The position numbers were made by a program, and so were the translations under genes. Under the pieces are notes generated by a model that saw only the letters and a program-made list of their open reading frames with translations, was not told the origin of the DNA and made no database searches. Source: the human T2T-CHM13v2.0 reference genome, Homo sapiens. From it: 64,000 nt of DNA. Position 1 is the stretch's first letter; each line of letters starts with the position of its first letter. Shown one piece after another: positions 52,893-64,000 of the stretch. The DNA lies in NCBI RefSeq assembly GCF_009914755.1, contig NC_060925.1; one strand, 5' to 3'.

Positions 52893-53500
52893 ATTTCCCC
52901 TTTCACTTACAGTAAAAGTCAAATGCTCTACTAGGCTACGAAGCCCTGATGATCTGTTCCACTGCCCCGCTCCTCTCTGGCCTCATCTCCTACCCTCCCT
53001 CTTGCTCACTCAGCCTCAGCCACCCTGGCTGCCCAGTCCCTCTTAAGCACACTTGGCGTGCCTCAGAAACTAAGCCTTCACACTGGCTGTTCTTGCTGCA
53101 GGATGGCTCCTTCTGCAGATTCACATAGCTAATTCTCTCACCTCCTTTAAGTCTTTGTTTAAATGCTGTCATCTCAATGAGTCCTGCCTAGACTGCTCCT
53201 CTGAAAATTGTAGCTCCCCTCACCCCACCTTCAGGCACTCTTGGTTTCCCTTACTCTGCTTTTTAAAATTAAAACATAATGTTTTATTAATGCACTTATA
53301 ACTTTTGTACCTACTATATAATTTATTAACCTATTAAGAGTATTGTTTTTGTCTGAATTCTCTGGGTAGAACATAAGCTGAACGAAGTCAAGGACCTTAA
53401 TTCTGTTCACTGATGTATCTCAAGTTCCTGGAACGGTGTCTGTTCTATGGACTCACCAAAAATACCTGTGAAATGAATGAATGAATAAATGAATGAATGA
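52893..53500 (+). mobile_element. L2 3' fragment
   Basis: ctcacctcctttaagtctttgtttaaatg...tctgttcactgatgtatctc...(atga)n end. Confidence 0.7.
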
Positions 53501-55260
53501 ATTATGACACCTTTAAATTATGAATTTATGAATGAATGTTCAATTCATTCATTCATTATGAAATGAATGAATGAATGATGACAGCTTTAAATATGCAGGT
53601 GGTTCTTTTGAGAACAAAAGAGACACGGATTTGCATAATTCAAGGATAGAGTACATTTCTGATACTTACAATGGGGAGTCAGATACTTATAATGGGGAGT
53701 TATGTTTACAGAAAAGCTCAAAGAAAAAAAAAATCCTGTATCTTTTTACCCAATTTTATCACAAGCTTATGAAATGTAGCTATTGAGCAGTGTTAGAATA
53801 GACATATGTTGTAATCATGGCTGTTAAGTATAAAATTATCTGAAATGAGAAAGAATATTCTGCCAAACCATTTACATATATTCTACACTCGCTGCATCCT
53901 CTTTAACACTTTAGAATCCAGATTCTATCTTTTTAACTGTTTCTAATAACAGTATTTGTGCATATTTATACTTGGTCTGCTTCCAGCCTTTTTTTTTTTT
54001 TTTTTTTTAGCTCCCCAAGGCATCTGATAAAAACCTCTAGTTTAAGAATCACTTATTTAAGACAAGAACTCTATCTTAACACAATTTTTTTGTCCCTAGC
54101 ACCTAACACACAATATGTACAGAGCAGGCATTCAGTAAATGCTAACTGAATGCAGGAGAGGAGTCTCACCATCCTCTAGGACATTTTCTGCATTATACCG
54201 CAAGAGTTACTCTTCAACATAATAGAGGTGTTTGGCTTTAGCATTCTTGAATGGTATCAACTCCAAATACATAAACTGTGAAACTTAAATATGTACATTG
54301 TGAAAATCAAATTTTTATCAAGATATGAAACACTACCATTATCCTTAAAATTTATTTGTGTCTCATCCCAGTCCATTTCTGCCCCAACCCGACCAGAGAC
54401 AAACACATTTATGATTTTTCTCACCGTAAATTAGTTTTGACCTTTGGAAAATGTCCTATAAGTGGAATCATAAGGTAAGTAATCTGTGTAAGTCTTTTGC
54501 TCAGTATAATTTTGCCAGTTATTTTGTTTAAGATATTTGGAATTATGCTCATGAGTGAGACAGGTCTATACATTTCCTTTCTTGAACTATCCTGGTTTTG
54601 TATCAAGATTATGACTTATGTCCCCATGTTGCTCTCTTCCTTTTGTTTAATAGCTAATACAATGACTGGCACTTAGTAAGTACAGAAGAATATGAATAAA
54701 CAAATGAATAAACAGAGCTATAATAATTACATAATTGTCTTGTTATAACAAGCGCCTAGTCTTTGTCAAATTCTATGGTGGTTCAAATGAAAATATCAAT
54801 ACCTTCAAAGTTAACACTGGAAAATTAATTTTGACCAGATCCCAATGATGAATTTGTTAATTATGATAATGTAATAGTATTTTAATAATAATAAACCATT
54901 GTTGTTACTTACTGTGGCTTACACTAATAATTGCCACCCAATATCCACCTTCCTTACTAATTAACACCTTCCTTACTAATAGAATCCTTATTTTAAGACA
55001 ATGATGTGCACAAAGAAAAAGAACTTCACACACCTAGCCTCTCTTGCAGCTAGGGGTGGCCACACTACACAGGTCTGGTCAATAAGACCTTGATACGTAA
55101 TTGCCAGGGAATTGCTGGGAAGTTGCTTGTCTCCCATAGACATTGCATCTTCTTCCCTGTCATTTCCTTATTCATGTATGGAATACAAACATAAATTGAA
55201 GATGAATTAGCTATGTTGTACCCGTGAAGCAACTGAGACAATGAAAACCAGGTGCTAATA

Positions 55261-55735
55261 CAGATGCTCCTTGGTTTACGTCCCAATAAATCCATCGTAA
55301 GTTGAAAACATCGGAAGTCAAAAATGCATCAGGGTGGGCACAGTGGCTTACGCCTGTAATCCCAGCACTTTAGGAGGCTGAAGCAGGAGAATTGTTTGGT
55401 CCCAGGAGTTTGACACCAGCTTGGGAAACACAGTGAGATGCCATCTCTCAGAAAAAAATTAATGTAGTACACCTAACCTACAGAACACCATAGCTTAGCC
55501 TAGCGTACCTTAAACGCACTGAGAACACTAATGTTAGCCTAGAGTTGGACAAAACCATCTAACACAAAGCCTATTATATAAAAAAGTTTTGAATATCTTA
55601 TGTAATTTATTGACTACTGTACTGTAAGTGAAAACACAATGGCTGATGAGTACTTGATATACAATTTCTACTGATGCATACCATCATGAAGTCCAAAATT
55701 TTTAAGTCCAGCCATCAGAAGTTAGGGTCAGTCTA
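55261..55735 (+). mobile_element. Tigger-derived MITE (MER47A-like) with inserted Alu monomer
   Basis: TA|cagatgctcc...catagcttagcctagc...cagtctata; subfamily from memory. Confidence 0.75.
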
Positions 55736-56319
55736 TATGTTAATTGGGCTATAGGCTAATCGGCTGTGACAAAGAGACTGAAAGTACAGTGTCTTAGATA
55801 AGAGAGTTTATTTCTCTGTCTCTAGAGTTTGCAATTCAGGCCTCTGCCATTCACGATGTGGCTTCCATCTCTGTGATGAATGCATTTTCTTCACCTTCAA
55901 CATTTCATGGCCTTTGGGAAGGTGGGTAGAGACCAAGAAAGCACACACCTGGTTCTGATGATGTTAAGACCCACAGGGGTACACATTATTTCCATTCATA
56001 CCCCATTAGCTTCTACTTAGTCACATGACCTCACCGAGCTGAGAGAGAGGCCAGGAAATCCAGGCAAAATTCTATTAGTAACAGAAGAACAAGAGAATGG
56101 ATGCAGAGGGACAGAAACAGGTCTACCTCACTAATACTGGCACAGCAGAAAGGCAGAAGGCTCCTGGGTCCCTAATGGCATAAAAGAAGTCCATTCTGGC
56201 TTTCTACTGCCTTCCCCCAGCCTTCTTGTTCCATGAGAAAAATAAATCTCTGTTTGATTAAGCCTCTGTTACTATTCTTGTTTTTTATAAGATGTACTGT
56301 TTATTTGTTGTAGCAGAAT

Positions 56320-57065
56320 TGTTTTTTATTTTTGGTAAACTATGCATAACATATAGTTTACCATGAAAGCCATTTTTAGTTGCACAAGTAGATAATGTTA
56401 AGTACATTCACATTGTTGTGCAACCATTACCACCAACCATCTCTGGAACTCTTCTTATCTCGCAAAATTGAAACTCTATACTCCTTAAAAAACTCCCCAG
56501 TCTCTCCTTTCCCCAGCCCCTGGCAGCCACCATTCTACTTTCTGTCTCAATGAATTCGATTACTCTAGGTACCTTATGTAAGTGGAATCACACAGCTTTT
56601 GTCTTTTTGTGATGGGCTCATTTTACTTAGTATTATGTCTTCAAGGTTCATTCATGTTGGAGCACGTCAGAATTTTCTTCCTTGTGAAGGCTGAATAAAA
56701 CTGCGTTATGTGTATACACCGCCTTTTTTTTATCCATTCATCCACTGATGGACACTTGGGTTGTTTCCACCTTTTTGAACATTGTGCATAATGCTGCTAT
56801 TAACATGGGTATACAATGGGTACACAAACACTGCTTTGGGACCCTGCTTTACATTCTTTGGGAGTATATAACCAGAAGTGAAATTGCTAAAACATGATAA
56901 TTCTATTTTTAACTTTTTGAGGAACCACATTCTGGTTTTCACAGCAAGTGGGCCATTTTACATTCCCACCAAGAGTGCACAAGGATTCCAATTTCTCACA
57001 AACACTTGTTCTTTTTTTTTTTCTTTCTCTTTTTTTATGGTGGTCATCCTAATGGATGTGAGATA
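56320..57065 (-). mobile_element. L1MA/MB 3' fragment
   Basis: cattcacattgttgtgcaaccattaccacc; tatccattcatccactgatggacacttggg. Confidence 0.8.
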
Positions 57066-58141
57066 GTTAAGCCTCTGTTATTTGGATTCTCTCTTACATG
57101 AACCCAAATGCAGTTTCTGACTCATATGCCGTACAACATTGTGTAGATATCACTAGATTTAATCTCCAAAATCCTAAGGCAACTACTATTATCCCCATTT
57201 TTCAGACAGAGAAACAGGGGGTTCAGTGACTTCCTTAAGGTTACACAGTTAGTAGAAAAACCAGGATTTGAAATTAGCTCTGAATATTTTTTGGAGGCCC
57301 TATTTTTAACAATTCTAATTGCCTCCCTGCTTTTTGTCTGGATTACTTTGTGATTATTTACTACATAAACTATTCGGTTCACTATTCTGCCTCGTTGCTG
57401 CAATGTAAAGAGTTGGTGAATGAAGAGGTGAGGTGGGCAGGGGAGCTGTGGAAGCATGTGGGAGAAAAAAGTTGTGGTCTTGGTTCTGCCTCTAACTCGT
57501 CTGAACCAGTCTTTCTGAGCTTCTGTTTCCTCATCCGCAAAACAAAGGAGTTTGATTAGATGATCTCCATGGTTCCCTCCAGCTTAACATCACTGATAGT
57601 TGCACTTCAAGGGGGATGGGAGTGCTAACGGGAGGGAAGACAAAACGAGAAAGTACTTGACTGAGGATAATTATTGGGGGCAATGAGAGTGAAAGTGAAG
57701 AACAGATAATTCAGTCAATGAAGCAGTGAAATAGGTAAAAGGGAGAAAGCCACACCTGGGAAAATCATCAGGTATGTCAAAATGTGTTGTGGGTCTCTTG
57801 TTTGATAATAAAAGAAGAGAGTGTTTGGAATTAAAGAAATTGAAAAACACACAAAGATTGATCCCATAGGTTCTGGAAGAATTATTTGATATTTAAAATC
57901 AGAGTCCTGGACATTCTTAAAGTTTGACATTTCTAGTTCTAGTCAATTCAGTTTGTGTTTTACCAGTCCTATTAGCTTAACATTCTTATTTTTTTTTCAT
58001 TCTATTTACTTAAAATAAGGTATCTTGATTATTCCTCCATATTAATGGATTTCAAGTGATCCCCCTCATCAATGTAGATATGTACCTGAAATATCCTAAG
58101 CCCATGGCTGTCCACATTTCTTGTATTAAGAGAAGCCTGCT

Positions 58142-58340
58142 GGCCAGGTGCAGTGGCTCTCACCTATTATCCCAGCATTTTGGGAGGCCAAGGTGTTAAG
58201 GATCACTTGAGCCCAGGAGTTCAATGTCAGCCTGGACAACATAGTGCAACCTCATCTCTACAAAAAAAATTTAAAAAATTAGCCGGGCATGGTGGTACGT
58301 TCCTGTAGTTCCAGCTACTTACGAGGCTGAGGTGGAGGGA
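58142..58340 (+). mobile_element. Partial Alu
   Basis: Left arm plus part of right arm. Confidence 0.85.
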
Positions 58341-58789
58341 TGCTGATGTACCAAGAATATGTATATAAGAAGAAGAAAAAAAACAAAAAAGAAAAGAAAA
58401 CTAAAAGTCAGGTGTTCTTGGCTTACTACACACAAATGTCTAAATTAGGATTTCAGCCAAGTTTCAGTGGAACCCAATGGAACCCCAATGGTCCAGCAAA
58501 AAATTGTGATTGAAAAACAAACCTATCATTTTTGGTACATTATACACTGCCCAATGCTAGTGCTCACAGTGATGGACAGTACCCCAAAACTATGTTAGCA
58601 ATTACATTAAGAGGTCAACCTATGGGGTCAGCCCCATAGGTTGGCACAGGGTAAGGCCATGTTTATTTAGTTGGCTCATTGTCAGTTTTTGATGTGATAA
58701 TTGGTGATTGCTATATTGCACAGAGGGAAGGACCGGAGACTGATGACATCAACCTCTCCCTCCCAAATTGTCTCGCCCAATCTCTCTTA

Positions 58790-59170
<381 letters not shown>

Positions 59171-59198
59171 CTAAAGGAGGGACATTTATGTGCCATGA

Positions 59199-59590
<392 letters not shown>

Positions 59591-59879
59591 TCATATTTCT
59601 TATAATATTCTCATTTATTTATAATGCTCTTCCATTTTAAATTAGCAATTATGTTTTACCAATATGTCTGATGGTCACATGTGGCATTTTTTGAAGTTGA
59701 GTTGTGAAAATGTTAGTGCTAGGCCTAGGCCTGTGGAAAGTTCTGCTAAGACTAGCAATAAAAAATTACTACCTTCTGAATCACTTCACTGTACTAGTAC
59801 AATAATGACAATGACAGAAGTTCATATTTAAAATGGAAGCTGATTATCAATAGGTTTTACATAGGATGATAATCCAAAC

Positions 59880-60120
59880 TGTCCATTGTTGAATGCCTCC
59901 CAAACATATGTCCACATCCTAATTCCTGGACCTTATGAGTGTTGTCTTATTCGGAAAAAGGGTCATTGTGGATATGATAAAGTTAAGGATTTTGAAATGG
60001 GGAGATTATCTTGTATTATATGGATGGGCTCTAAAGGGAGTCAGGTGTTCTTATGAGAGGGAGGCAGAAGGAGAGTTGACACAGGAGACAGTGATGCGGA
60101 AATGAAGTAGAGTTAACAAC
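59880..60120 (+). mobile_element. MLT1 LTR 5' fragment
   Basis: tccacatcctaattcctgga...taagttaaggattttgaaatggggagattatc. Confidence 0.7.
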
Positions 60121-60206
60121 CGCAGGTTCCAGGAATAACTTTAGGGGCCATTACTTAGCCTACCACATGCAGTAGGAAAAACTGGGAAGCTCAAACAATA
60201 CAATAA

Positions 60207-60586
<380 letters not shown>

Positions 60587-60649
60587 TTATTTAGGATGAT
60601 AAGTCAACAGAGTTCAAAAATAAATATGCGTAGCAGTTTTAGGATTTTA

Positions 60650-60973
<324 letters not shown>

Positions 60974-62290
60974 TTAAGAAAATCTTTTCTGCTGCAAAGA
61001 ACTGACTGAAACAAGAAAAGGCCAGGAAATATGAAGTATTCATTTTTGTGTCTAAAAAGGAAGGTATGGGCAGGGTGCGGTGGCTCATGCCTGTAATCTC
61101 AGCACTTTGGGAGGCCAAGGTGGGCTGATTGTGGGACTTTGCATTGGAGCTTAGTGCTGCCCTGTCACAGTGGAAGACAACACAAGGCAGAATTCTGCCA
61201 GCACCCATGGAGGTAGCATTTAGATCAGCCCTGGCAGGAGGAAATCGAGTTCTGGCTGGCTCCACCACTGGCTGAGTAAAGTGGCCTGGGGCCCAGAACA
61301 AACTTGAGTGGTAGCCAGGCCACTGGGACTACAGTCCCTGGGCAAGCGATGCTGCTGCACTGAGCCTGAAGGCAGTAGATTTGGTGTGTGTGACCCAGTG
61401 AGACACCAGGAGTGGTGACCAAGGTAGTGCCTGTATTATCCCTCTCCCAACCTCAGGCAGTACAGCTTAGGGAGAGACTTCTGCTTGGGCAAAGGTAGGG
61501 GCAGAGTACAGAGGACTTTGTCTTGCAACTTTGGTACCAGCTCAGCCATAGTAAAGTAAAGTACCAAGCAGATTCCTGAAGCCACCATTTCAGGCCCTAC
61601 CTCCCAGACAACATTACTAGGTACACCCTGGGCCAGAAGGGAACCTGCTGACCTGAAGGAAAGGACCCAGTCTTTACAAGATTCATCACCTGCTGACTAA
61701 GAAGCCCTTGGAATTTGCATATACATCAGTGGTAGCCAGGCAGTAGTTACCATGGGCCTTGGGCAAGACCCAGTACCGTACTGGCTTCAGGTGTGATACA
61801 CAGCAGTAGCAGCTGTGGGGGTCACAGGAGTGCCTGCATCATTCCTTCCTCAATTTCAGGCAGCTCAGCACAGAGAGAGATTCCTTCTGATTAGCGGAAA
61901 GTGAGGGAAGAGAGTGAAAGACTTTGCCTGGTAATCTAGGGAATTCTCCTTGATCTTACCGAGGCCAACCAAGGTGATTCCTCTGAGTCTGCAAGAGTCA
62001 CAATGTTACTGAGCTCGAGGGCACCCCCTAATGCTGATAATGGCTGCAGCGATCACAGTCTCACATGACAACACTCAACTCCCTTTCAATAGATGGAAAG
62101 TCTTCTCAAGAAAGACAGGTACAAACAAGCCCAGACTGTGAAGACTGGAATAAATACCTAACTCTTCAATGCCCAGATATTAATAAGCATCACAAGCATC
62201 GGGAACATCCAGGAAAATATGACCTCGCCAAATGAAATAAATAAGATACCACTGACTAATCCCAGAGTGATGGAGATATGTGACCTTTCA

Positions 62291-62624
<334 letters not shown>

Positions 62625-62961
62625 ATATGTGACCTTTCAGACAAAGACTTCAAAATAGCTGTCTTGAGGAAGCTCAATGAACGTCATGATAACACAAAGC
62701 AGAGAAGGAATTCAGAATTCTATCAGATAAATTTAACAAATAAATCAAAATAATTTTAAAAAATCAAGCAAAAGTGCTGAAGCTGAAAAATTCAATTGAC
62801 AAACTGAAAAATGCATCAGAGTCTCTCAACAGCAAAATTCATGAAGCAGAAGAGAGAATTAGTGAGCTTGAAGACAAGTTATATGAAAATACACAGTCAA
62901 AGGAGAAAAAAGAAAAAAGAATAGAAAAGAATGAAGCATGCATATAAAACCTAGAAAATCA

Positions 62962-63352
<391 letters not shown>

Positions 63353-63503
63353 AGTAACAACGGAGAACTTTTCAAACCTAGAGAAAGATATCAATATTCA
63401 GGTACAAGAAGGTCATGGAACACCAAGAACACTCAACCCTAATAAGACAGCCTCAAGGTATTTAATAATCAAACTCTCAAAAGTCAAGTATAAGAAAGGA
63501 TTC

Positions 63504-63760
<257 letters not shown>

Positions 63761-64000
63761 GAATTCTAAAAGCAGTAAGATAAAATAAACAAACATATAA
63801 AAGAGCTCTGATACATCTGGTACCAGTCTTCTCAGGGGAAATCTTACAGGCCAGGAGAAAGTGGAATGACATGCTCAAAGGGCTGAAGGAAAAATTTTTC
63901 ATTATGGAATATTATAAACAGCAAAAATATCCTTCAAACATGAAGGAGAAATAAAGTCTTCCCCAGTCAAACAAAAACTGAAGGATTTCATCAACATGAG

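Noticed and set aside
53465-53702. Inverted (ATGA)n/(TCAT)n tract and a 21-bp tandem duplication
   Set aside because: Explained by slippage at an L2 3' tail; no sign of function.

Overview
Primate (very probably human) genomic DNA, mostly interspersed repeats: about 43 Alus, old and young L1s, three SVAs, several solo LTRs, MIR/L2 and DNA-transposon fossils. The only host-gene structure I can support is a compact 4-exon SLAM/CD2-family gene on the + strand (ATG 30651 to TAA 32905): leader exon, SLAMF6-like IgV exon, LY9/SLAMF9-like IgC2 exon, and a TM/short-tail exon. It has a GCCACC Kozak context, six canonical phase-1 splice sites and one visible frame-disrupting lesion, an in-frame TGA at 32479-32481 replacing a conserved Trp. 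Skipping exon 3 would restore an open frame. A second, heavily decayed copy (IgV remnant ~7530-7780, IgC2 remnant ~8545-8813, plus shared upstream and intronic sequence) lies about 24 kb upstream, revealing an old tandem duplication. Also notable: a full-length L1PA interrupted by an antisense SVA carrying a 3' transduction, a second truncated SVA with a composite 3' transduction, a full-length young SVA, an LTR12 inserted inside an Alu, and an unassigned element with ~85-90 bp inverted arms. All family and subfamily names and protein comparisons are from memory, not database searches.
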